Source: an uncultured Chloroflexia bacterium
Lineage (GTDB): Bacteria; Chloroflexota; Chloroflexia; Thermomicrobiales; UBA6265
DNA: 64,000 nucleotides
Reading direction: 5' to 3'
NCBI GenBank assembly: GCA_963724295.1
Contig: CAVRUC010000012.1
Location: 1 to 64,000, forward strand
Part shown: positions 41,015 through 49,744 of the stretch, one piece after another
Layout of the letters: each line of letters starts with the position of its first letter
Numbering within the stretch: the first letter of the stretch is position 1
Made by a program: the position numbers and the translations under genes
The notes under the pieces: model-generated
What the model saw: only the letters and a program-made list of their open reading frames with translations
Databases searched by the model: none
Told to the model about the DNA's origin: nothing

Positions 41015-41803
41015 TTGTCGCTGAGTTCCCTCGATGTGGTGGCCCATTATCAGAACACTGGTGCCCAGTCCGTTGCGTCCTTCCCGCCCAGCACGGCGCT
41101 GTTCGAAACGGAAGCTCTCAGCGAACTGAGGACGATTGACGAACGTGAGCTCATCGTCGACGCGCTCACGATGTTGGGGGATCGTGCCCGTCGCCACGGT
41201 TCCACTGTGATCGCGGCGTTCCATTATGCGGACGCACTGGCTCTGAACTATGAGCTCGGCTCTCGGTTGGGCATGGCCCAATGCCTGGAGCGAGTGGCGC
41301 ACCTCGCATCAGCGCGCGGCAAGCCAATCCACGCCGCGTGGTTCCTCGGAAGCGCCGCGACGATACGCCGGGCCATTGGCTCTCCACCCCTACCAACCGA
41401 GGAACTGGATCTCCAAACCACGGCCACCGCCGTTCGCGCCCATGTGGATGAAGTCGCCTTTGCGGCGGCTTGGGTATCAGGCGAAACCTTGTCGCAAGAG
41501 GAAGCGATCGCCGAGGCCCTTGCGTTTCTTCTCAAACCAGGTGACGCGGTGGCAGAACTCCTTGCGCAGAGTCAGCATGAGCTGTCGGCGCGGGCGGCCA
41601 CGTCTGCGCCGTTTGATCTGACTCGCCGTGAACGAGACGTGTTGGGGCTGCTCTGCCAGCACTTCAGCGATGCTGAGATTGGCGACCGGCTCTACATCGG
41701 CGTCCGCACCGTCGAGTTCCACGTCGCCAACATTCTCCGCAAGCTGGAGGTCGAAAATCGTCGCGACGCGGCTGCTCTCGCTGCTCGGCTCAGGCTGATC
41801 TGA
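41015..41803 (+). CDS. N-terminally truncated TPR-LuxR regulator (lacks the ATPase domain)
   Basis: DLTRRERDVLGLLCQHFSDAEIGDRLYIGVRTVEFHVANILRKL; similar to the C-terminal part of 49745-52258. Confidence 0.8.
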   Translation: MSLSSLDVVAHYQNTGAQSVASFPPSTALFETEALSELRTIDERELIVDALTMLGDRARRHGSTVIAAFHYADALALNYELGSRLGMAQCLERVAHLASARGKPIHAAWFLGSAATIRRAIGSPPLPTEELDLQTTATAVRAHVDEVAFAAAWVSGETLSQEEAIAEALAFLLKPGDAVAELLAQSQHELSARAATSAPFDLTRRERDVLGLLCQHFSDAEIGDRLYIGVRTVEFHVANILRKLEVENRRDAAALAARLRLI

Positions 41804-41910
41804 CGATCCGACATCCCTCACCGGAAGACCCCTACTCGGCGCGTGCTCGCCATCGTGCGAGATGAATTGCCGGAGTCTACCTCTCAAAGACCGTGTCAAA
41901 CGCGAGGAAA

Positions 41911-41976
41911 CCCGTACAAGGTACGGGGGCTAAAGCGACACGCGTGCCACATCCTGTACTCAGTACAGGATGTGGC
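41911..41976 (+). promoter_or_regulatory. CCCGTAC-N3-GTACGGG box (site B) plus extended palindrome GCCACATCCTGTAC-TCA-GTACAGGATGTGGC
   Basis: Directly visible upstream of the radical SAM gene. Confidence 0.7.
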
Positions 41977-42045
41977 TGCTGAACAGAAACCACGGCCGAA
42001 TGCGAGGCGCTGTCGTAACCACGTCGGCCGCGAGGAGGCTCCCCG

Positions 42046-43404
42046 ATGAAGCTAGCCTTGATCGCCATGAGCGGGCTACGCACCTTCAACCCCGAGCTGG
42101 CACGGCTCGGCATGACCCTGCCCGGGTTCGTCGAGCGAGGCAAGGCCGTCGCCGCGCTGCCCAGCCTCGGCCTGCTGACCCTCGCCGGGATGACACCCGA
42201 CCGCTTCGATGTCTCCTACCACGAGATCCAGGATATCCGCGAGGCCAGCGAGCTGCCGGCCTGTGATGTCGCGGCCATCTCCACCTTCACCGCTCAGGCA
42301 AAGGAGGCGTATGAGTTGGCCCGCCGCTACCGCAACCTGGGCGTGTCGACGATCATCGGCGGCCTGCATGCGACTGCTCTTCCGGAAGAGGCGGCACGCC
42401 ACGTCGACGCCGTCGTCGCCGGTGAAGGCGAGGTGGTGTGGGCCGACGTGCTGCGGGACGCCGAGGCGGGGAAGCCGCACGGCGTCTACCGCGCGGCCGG
42501 TCGCGAGTGGGACCTGGCGCAAGCGCCGATGCCCCGCTTCGACCTACTCGAGATCGAGCGCTACAACCGGATCACGGTGCAGACCACGCGTGGCTGTCCC
42601 TGGCGCTGCGAGTTCTGCGCCTCCTCGATCCTCCTCACCTCGCGGTTCAAGGTGAAGCCGGTCGACAAGGTGATCGCCGAGATCCGCGCCATCAAGAAGC
42701 TGTGGCCGCACGCCTTCATCGAGTTCGCCGACGACAACTCGTTCGTCAACCGCCGCTACGCCAAAGAGCTGCTGCGCGCCCTGGCCGCCGAAGACGTGCG
42801 CTGGTTCACCGAGACCGACATCGCCATCGCCGATGACGAGGAACTGCTCGACCTGATGCGCGATGCGGGATGCGCGCAGGTGCTGATCGGGCTGGAGAGC
42901 CCGACCGCGGCGGCGCTCGATGGGCTGGAGACGCGCAGGAACTGGAAACGTGGACGCCTCGAGACGTACAAAGAGGCTATCTATCGCATCCAGAGCCGTG
43001 GTATCGCGGTCAACGGCTGCTTCGTGCTCGGGCTCGACGGCTCTACGGTCGACGATTTCGCGGCCGTGCGTCGGTTCGTCGAGGAGAGCGGGCTGTACGA
43101 AGTACAGATCACGGTGCTGACCGCGATGCCCGGCACGCCCCTTTACGCGCGCATGGCGGCGGAAGGGCGGCTCATCGACCCCACCGGTTGGGAACGCTGC
43201 ACCGTCTTCGATGTCAACGTACGGCCGCAGAACATGTCGGCGGAGGAGCTGGAACAGGGTCTCATCGCGCTCGGCCGCGAGCTCTATGGCGACGAGGCCA
43301 AGCGGCGGCGGCAACGCGCGTTCAAGCGGCAGTGGCGCGAGGGGTTGCGCGCCGACCGCGCCAAACGGGAAGGGAGGGAGAGCCATGCGGTCGCAGGGGA
43401 TTGA
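42046..43404 (+). CDS. B12-binding domain radical SAM protein
   Basis: PSLGLLTLA, IIGGLHAT, GEGE, TRGCPWRCEFC, DDN. Confidence 0.92.
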   Translation: MKLALIAMSGLRTFNPELARLGMTLPGFVERGKAVAALPSLGLLTLAGMTPDRFDVSYHEIQDIREASELPACDVAAISTFTAQAKEAYELARRYRNLGVSTIIGGLHATALPEEAARHVDAVVAGEGEVVWADVLRDAEAGKPHGVYRAAGREWDLAQAPMPRFDLLEIERYNRITVQTTRGCPWRCEFCASSILLTSRFKVKPVDKVIAEIRAIKKLWPHAFIEFADDNSFVNRRYAKELLRALAAEDVRWFTETDIAIADDEELLDLMRDAGCAQVLIGLESPTAAALDGLETRRNWKRGRLETYKEAIYRIQSRGIAVNGCFVLGLDGSTVDDFAAVRRFVEESGLYEVQITVLTAMPGTPLYARMAAEGRLIDPTGWERCTVFDVNVRPQNMSAEELEQGLIALGRELYGDEAKRRRQRAFKRQWREGLRADRAKREGRESHAVAGD

Positions 43405-43837
43405 GAATGGGCGCGCGGCGGCGAACCGCTACCGACCGGCGCTCCTGCTTTCCGCCATCTACGATGGTCTATTAGGACTTGCGTTTCTGTTCTTCTCTGG
43501 GCAGTTCTTGCGCGCCCTCGGCGTCGAGACCACGGCCGATCCCGTCTACGTTCAGCTTGCCGCGGGGCTGATCGCAATCATCGGACTCGGGTTTTATCTG
43601 GCCTGGCGCAATCCGCTCGTCAACTGGGATCTGGTGCTCCTTGGCACGGTGTTCAAGGCGTTTTACATCCTGCTCGCGGTGTGGGCCCAGCTTCGCGGCG
43701 AAGTCCCGCACGCGGTGTTCCTCCTCTTTGCCGGGGTCGACGTCATCTTCCTCATCGTCTTACTCCTCTTCCTGCGGGACACGCGCCCGGCGCGAGCGGC
43801 ACTCGCCGGGTACGTCGCGGGAGAGCCGACGTCATGA
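43385..43837 (+). CDS. Membrane protein
   Basis: Four hydrophobic segments; overlaps the radical SAM stop; GGGAGG RBS. Confidence 0.75.
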   Translation: MRSQGIENGRAAANRYRPALLLSAIYDGLLGLAFLFFSGQFLRALGVETTADPVYVQLAAGLIAIIGLGFYLAWRNPLVNWDLVLLGTVFKAFYILLAVWAQLRGEVPHAVFLLFAGVDVIFLIVLLLFLRDTRPARAALAGYVAGEPTS

Positions 43838-44331
43838 GGGTGCACGGAGGAGCGGCACAACCGATCGAGCTTTCCGCCGACCCATCATTTTCCCGCCGGG
43901 TGCGGCGCCTGGGGATCGTCAGTCTCGTCGCCCCCGGGCTGATCTGGTGGCTAGCCATCACCCGCCTCGCGGCGCCGCAGCCGCTCCTCATCGCCCTGCT
44001 GGCCGGGTGGTGGCTGATGCCAACGGTCCTTTTCGCAAGCATCCCGGTTCCGTCGCTGCGACCTTTGCTCATGCTCCCCGCCACGCTGATCACCGTCCCC
44101 GTGCTGGCCATTGCCGTCTGGTGGTCTCCAGACCGGCCGTTGCCTGCCCTCGGCTGGATACTCATCGCAGCCGGCCTGCTGCTTGGCGGCGTGGCGGGTG
44201 GGTGGTTCTGGTTCCGCTGGGCCCCCGTGCCCGATCTCCTCCACGACCCATTCTCCGCCGCCCGTTGGGGACTGATCGCGATTCACGTCGGGCTCGTCTG
44301 CGTCGGGTTGATGTTCGCGGCTTTGGGCTAG
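43834..44331 (+). CDS. Membrane protein
   Basis: ATGA overlap; hydrophobic; WFWFRWAPVP..LHDPFS. Confidence 0.75.
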   Translation: MRVHGGAAQPIELSADPSFSRRVRRLGIVSLVAPGLIWWLAITRLAAPQPLLIALLAGWWLMPTVLFASIPVPSLRPLLMLPATLITVPVLAIAVWWSPDRPLPALGWILIAAGLLLGGVAGGWFWFRWAPVPDLLHDPFSAARWGLIAIHVGLVCVGLMFAALG

Positions 44332-44381
44332 GCGTGTTGAGAGGACCGTCTGCGTGGCAAGCGCCGATGCCGGGGTGCAAT

Positions 44382-44450
44382 CCATGTCGCCGTCGACAGC
44401 GTCCAACATCCCACACGACCGGCCGGTCATTGCGCCCGTTCGGCAGCGGC
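44382..44450. repeat. 69-bp intergenic direct repeat, copy 1
   Basis: 4 mismatches to 46872-46940. Confidence 0.9.
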
Positions 44451-44574
44451 CCATCTGGCTCGGAGTGCTGCTCACCCGTCCAGATTTGCCTTGACCCAGT
44501 AACGCGGCCAACCTTGACCGGGGCTATCCTGACGGGGACGGAACTCACCGCTCTTTCCAGACGGGTGACCTGAA

Positions 44575-45150
44575 ATGGCGCGACTCCTGGCCAGGTTGCT
44601 CCCGTTGCTGGCACCCGTCATCGCTTGGACTGTGGCGCACGTGTTTGCGCGGATTCCGGCGTGGCCCTTCCTGGCCTTGACGCCGGCACGCACGCCGTTC
44701 GGACGATCGGCATCGGTCGCCTTGTTGCTCGCGGGTCTCCTTGGCATCGTTGCCCTGCTGTCGCTCTCGTCCGGGACCAGGCTGCTCATCGCCGCGATCG
44801 TCGTGGCCGCCGTGGTGACTGTCGGGTGCGGGCGGGCCTTTGCCACGATCTGGTGGCCCGCCACCCTCGCAGGGGCGCTGCTGGGTCTAGGTCTTGGGCT
44901 GGCCTGGCTGCCGCACCTGTCTCCCTGGGCGCTGCGCATCGATACGCAAAGCGAGCAGACGCCCATCTTGATCGTGGGTGGCTTCGGGTTGGTTATGCTC
45001 GCGTTCCTGTCGACCACCATGACACTCGACGCGTTGCAGGCTCTCGAGCCGCCCGAACAACCCGACGGGCATCCTGGGAAAGGTGGCAACCAACCGCCCG
45101 CAGCACCCAAGCGGCGTCGTAGATCCGGGAAATCCCGTGGTCGACGGTAG
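44575..45150 (+). CDS. Membrane protein
   Basis: Several TM segments and a basic C-terminal tail. Confidence 0.55.
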   Translation: MARLLARLLPLLAPVIAWTVAHVFARIPAWPFLALTPARTPFGRSASVALLLAGLLGIVALLSLSSGTRLLIAAIVVAAVVTVGCGRAFATIWWPATLAGALLGLGLGLAWLPHLSPWALRIDTQSEQTPILIVGGFGLVMLAFLSTTMTLDALQALEPPEQPDGHPGKGGNQPPAAPKRRRRSGKSRGRR

Positions 45151-45575
45151 TGGGAACCACTGGTGGCCAATGCCGAGCAGCTACTCCGTTCGCTGCACTC
45201 GTAGGGTTTGGCCGATGATGCTAGGTCGGAGATGATGCACGATGCGGCGAATCGCGTTCGAGCCCTACGTCGCCATGCCGGCACCCGACTCGGGGTCCCC
45301 GGTGGGTCTGTTGCCGTCGTCCAGGCAGGGAAGGTCGTTTCCGCGACGCGCTTAGGAGTCACCAAGCGTGATCGAAGGAGGTGATCGATGCGAACGAACC
45401 GGCGCCGGAGGATGGTGGGACCAGGTCGTCGCTGTGCTGCTTGGACGGACGATGCTGGCGGTCGCGCCGGCGGAGCACGAGATGGCGCACGCCGCACCCC
45501 CTGCCGCCTACTCCGCGGTCGACCTGGGACCCTGGTGTTTGGACGTGTTCGGCAGCCAAGAGGACCAGGGAGCCG

Positions 45576-46718
45576 TCACTGGCCGCTCATGAACGCATCG
45601 CGCGCCTGTACGGCGATGTCCGGGTGATCGGTGAAAAACCCGTCAATTCCTAGCTCGAGAAAGCGGTCCACTTCGCCCGCCAGATCGCCGTATGCCGCCG
45701 CATCGGTGCTTGACTGAAAGTCCGTCGGCAAGAAGTAATTCTCGGCACGGAAAGTGAAGCTGTGCACGATCAGGCCATTGGCATGCGCGTCATCGACCAG
45801 CGTGGTCGGCGTGCCGAGTGCGCCGTCGGGGGTCAGCAGGATCAACGAGCTCTTGGGCACGCCGATGCCGCTGGCATAGGTCGCGATTTCCTCCAGACCC
45901 GCGGGCTGGGCCATGTCAGCGTAGGTCCGTGGATCGCCGGTCACCACAAAGTCAAACGGCTGGCCGGACTCGTTGAGGAGTTGCACGAGCGGGAGGTCGG
46001 TCATCCCGGCGAGCTGCTTCAGATTGGCGACCTCGAACGACTGGATGAAGACCGGCGCGCCTTGTCCGCGATACCCGTATTGCTCCAATAGCGCGACCAG
46101 CGCTTCCTCCATAGGAAGTCCGATGTCCGCGAAGTAGGACGGATGTTTCGTCTCTGGGTAGATGCCAATCGGCTTGAGGTGCCGCCGCTCCTCATCCGAG
46201 GCCGTCTGCGTGCGCTGGTCGTTCACGGCCTGAACCAGAGCGAGCACTTCCTCCAGGGTTGGCACCGCGAACATGCCGTCGAAGCGGGTATTCGCGGGGC
46301 GAAGCTCTGGCAGGCGCTCCTTCGCGCGCAGCGTCTTCAGCTCAGTCAGTGTGAAGTCTTCGGTAAACCAGCCCGTGACCTCGGTGCCGTCGATCGTCTT
46401 GGTTGTCCTGCGGTCGGCATATTCGGGACGACTGGCCACGTCGGTCGTGCCTGAGATTTCGTTCTCGTGGCGTGCCACGAGGACGCCGTCCTTGGTCATG
46501 ACGAGATCGGGTTCGATGTAGTCGGCACCCTGTTCGATGGCAAGAAAATAGGCGACCAGGGTGTGCTCAGGAGCGTAGCCGCTCGCGCCGCGATGGCCGA
46601 TGACAATCGGCTGGTCATTGTCGCGTTGGTCGTGGGGCTGCTGAGCATGAGCGGGGAGGCTGGCCGCGAGTAGGATCGCGACCGCAAGCAGACCAATTGG
46701 GCGGGTAATGAACCTCAT
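45576..46718 (-). CDS. glpQ: Secreted glycerophosphodiester phosphodiesterase
   Basis: IGHRGASGYAPEHTL, YIEPDLVMTKDG, YPETKHP, IDGFFTDHP. Confidence 0.93.
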   Translation of the reverse strand: MRFITRPIGLLAVAILLAASLPAHAQQPHDQRDNDQPIVIGHRGASGYAPEHTLVAYFLAIEQGADYIEPDLVMTKDGVLVARHENEISGTTDVASRPEYADRRTTKTIDGTEVTGWFTEDFTLTELKTLRAKERLPELRPANTRFDGMFAVPTLEEVLALVQAVNDQRTQTASDEERRHLKPIGIYPETKHPSYFADIGLPMEEALVALLEQYGYRGQGAPVFIQSFEVANLKQLAGMTDLPLVQLLNESGQPFDFVVTGDPRTYADMAQPAGLEEIATYASGIGVPKSSLILLTPDGALGTPTTLVDDAHANGLIVHSFTFRAENYFLPTDFQSSTDAAAYGDLAGEVDRFLELGIDGFFTDHPDIAVQARDAFMSGQ

Positions 46719-46871
46719 GGTCGGGCTCCTTTCTCCTGTACAAGAGGACGCAACGTCCCGCTCTCGAGCTGTCCGTCCACCCCCGAAACTGCGGCGCGGG
46801 AAATCGCGACTGGACCGGGAGTCTGGCCATGGCTCATGGTGTCGACGAACGGGGCGGCTTCGGTCTCAAGC

Positions 46872-46940
46872 CCATGTCGCCGTCGACATCGTCCAACATC
46901 CCAAACGACCGGCCGGTCATTGCGCCCATCCGGCAGCGGC
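46872..46940. repeat. 69-bp intergenic direct repeat, copy 2
   Basis: 4 mismatches to 44382-44450. Confidence 0.9.
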
Positions 46941-46947
46941 AATGCCA

Positions 46948-48979
46948 TCACCGAAACCCGCCGCCACCCCCGCCGACACCACCGAACCCGCCGCCGAACC
47001 CGCCGCCGCCGATGCCAGAGCCTCCCCCGCCGCTGGCAAACCTCGCTCCAGCGGAGTCGAACAGATGGAACAGCGAGTTCGACGCGGCCTGTAAGGAGAG
47101 TTCGGCCCGACCGCTCAGGCTCTGCAGGTCGGACAATGGCGGTGACCCGCCAGCGGGCGCTTGCGTCGGGTCTCCGGACAAACCGTCCGTCCCGCCGGGA
47201 AAGGCGAAGAACCCGCCGTGTGCCCCGTACCAGTGCGGCGCAGGGATCCCGAACCGGGAGAATTTCTCGATCCAGGTCTTGTCGATGCCGAAAGCGATGG
47301 CATAGGGCAAGTAGCGCTCGAACAGGTGCTGGGCTGCGTCGAGTTGTTCGAACTGGTCGATCTGCTCCAGGTATTTCTTGAATGCTCGCCACTTCGCGGC
47401 CGCCTCGGCCCCGGCCATGGTCTTTCGAGGCATGAACCGCGCCAAGGCCCATGTGAGGAACCCAAGCGCAAAGAGCGCAGCGAGGGGCATCCACCATGGA
47501 TGCTTGTCCAATCCGAACCGCCAAGCGAAGTAGACAACGGCTATCAACACACTACCGACCAAGGTCCAGTTCTTGCGCGTACCCGAAGGCCGCGCCGGGA
47601 AGAACCCGCGCTGCACGAGGTCGTCATAGAGGATGTTCTGGAGGTTCTCTCTCCTTGCGGGAGGGTCGTTTCACCGCGGAGAGCAGCCGCACATTGCCTG
47701 TCATGAAGGGCGGGTCGAACAAGGTCTCGAGCAGCGCGTGTTCGAACCGCGAGAGATTCGGGTTTCCCTGCTGTAATGTCACGATGAAGTCGTCTCCGTG
47801 GCCAAACCGTGCCAGGATCCCAGTCACACTCGTCGGCTCAATGCGCCAAACCCCGCGCTGACCGAGATCGACCAGGGTAGCGACGATGTCGCGCTGATCG
47901 ACCTGTTCGTCGACGAGCGCGCCGGCGACCGCGGGCGGGAGGTTCGCTGGTGGCGTTACCAGGACATCGGGCACCGGACCGATCTCGGGATCACGTCCCC
48001 GGGTCCACCACGCCGCCAGCACGGCGATCCCTCCACCGATGGCGATGAGCAGCGCGAGCCCCAGAAAAAGGAGCGTCAGTGGGGACTGCTCCCAAATCGC
48101 TTGCTCGCGGAGGTCGCTGGCATCTTGCCAGGCGGGCTTGCTGGCCTGCACCAGTGGCGGGAACTGGAGGCTGGCGTCGAGAGAGTCACCCGAGTGGAGG
48201 TTGTTCGCCGTCCACGTCCACGTCTGGCCACTGGTGAGGTACTCGCCCGGGGCACTCCCACCTGGGCCGACAACGTGCGTTTGCTCGGGATCAACCGGGC
48301 GCGGCAGGACGAAGGTCAACGTTGCGGTGTTGACCTCCGCGTCCTCGGTTAGTGCGCGATCGACGCCGATCCCGGAGATCTGCTGGTAGGGCGGGTCGTG
48401 ATCGGGATAGACCCGGAGCGCCCCATGGGCGTCGTAGTCGATCTGAAAGGTGCGACTCTGGGAGGTCGTCGCGGGGAAACTCCACTCAATGTGCAGCGTC
48501 GTGCCGATCGTGCGGGTGGTAAAGGTATTGTGCACGTCCGGCGAGAAGGAGGCTGGCCAGACGAAGGAGAACGGCTCCCGTCCGGCCTCCGTCACGCTCG
48601 CAACCCGGACGTGATCGATTCGCTCCATGCGGGTCAGCGGGATGTCGCGGTAGCCAGTGCGGAACGGCCCACCGGAAAAGAGGGCGCGATCACGTTCGGT
48701 GACGTGCAGCGTGCTGTCCTCCTGCAACGCGACCGTTACGTCGACACGGTCCCAGACGAAGGAGCGCGTGGCCTGGGCGCCGGCGAGCAGTGGCTGACTG
48801 GCTCCGATGGTCACCATGACCATGATTACGAAGACGAGCAGGACAAGCCGGCTCCTGACGCTCGCCCAGGCGCCGATGACATTTCTTCGGTGGGGTACTG
48901 CAATATTCATCAGGATTCCCAGATCGCGCCCTCGTGGTAGATCCGACCGTGGTTGCTTCATCGCCACGTGAGAGCCCAC
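46948..48979 (-). CDS. DUF2207 family membrane protein (frameshift near 47620-47660; start uncertain)
   Basis: DSTLHVTE, RGRDP, PPAVAGAL, ATLVDL, FERYLPYAIAFG, Gly-rich C-terminus. Confidence 0.85.
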
Positions 48980-49012
48980 ACCGCATGATCGAGCCTGGCA
49001 ACCGAGTTCGCC

Positions 49013-49034
49013 CCCGTACTGGGTACGGGAATTT
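49013..49034 (-). promoter_or_regulatory. CCCGTAC-N3-GTACGGG box (site C)
   Basis: CCCGTACtggGTACGGGaattt. Confidence 0.7.
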
Positions 49035-49284
49035 GCGGCAGGGGTCGAGTATCACCGCCACTAGCATCGCTGAGACGGCCCAGGACGTACGCGTTAGCGC
49101 TCGCCTCGACGTGTAATGCGGGCTTGGACAGAGTCGGCTGCAGTCGGGGTGTAGTGGCGACGAGTGACGCGACCGGCTCCCTTACACTCCGCGCCGGCCG
49201 GACCAAGACGTGCCGTCGCTGGCGCGGTCGCGTTTTCACCTGGTGCTGCCGAAAGCGTCGCTCTCCCGGCTTATGGGGACGCTA

Positions 49285-49497
49285 CTAATCGCACTTCCGT
49301 TTGCAGCGCCGCAGACACTTCCTGCGGGACTCGTGCTTACGGCAACGACAGCTCGTCCTGCATCGTGCTTGCGCGGACAAGGGGAGAGCGAGAGTGCCTA
49401 GCGTGCCGACTCCTAGTACGCCGAGACCCTGCATCATCCGCCGTCGCGTCGCGTATTCACCGAGCTGCTTCGCCAGGCCGTCCCATCGGCTCTCCAT
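49285..49497 (-). CDS. Small Tat-like exported cationic Cys-rich peptide
   Basis: AAGGAG RBS; MESRWDGLAK...TRRRMM...AQA leader then RCRTSCRCRKHESRRKCLRRCKRKCD. Confidence 0.7.
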   Translation of the reverse strand: MESRWDGLAKQLGEYATRRRMMQGLGVLGVGTLGTLALPLSAQARCRTSCRCRKHESRRKCLRRCKRKCD

Positions 49498-49619
49498 TTC
49501 CCGCTCCTTCTTCTTGTACTCGGCGCGAACGTGTCACCCGCCGCGCGGTCTCACCGCTCCGACCCCGCTGCCATTTTCCTCTTGCCGTCCCATCTTCCAC
49601 CCCACACCGGCCGCAGGCT

Positions 49620-49653
49620 TCCGTACGCAGTACGGGGATGAGTACGGGGATTT
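49620..49653 (-). promoter_or_regulatory. CCCGTAC box plus third half-site (site D)
   Basis: tCCGTACgcaGTACGGGgatgaGTACGGGgattt. Confidence 0.75.
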
Positions 49654-49744
49654 GGGATCGCGTCATGACAGACCACCAATAGTTGTGGGCAGTGGTAGGC
49701 TATGAGCATCGTTTCCTCGTCCGACCGTTCGCCTTCCGCTTGCC

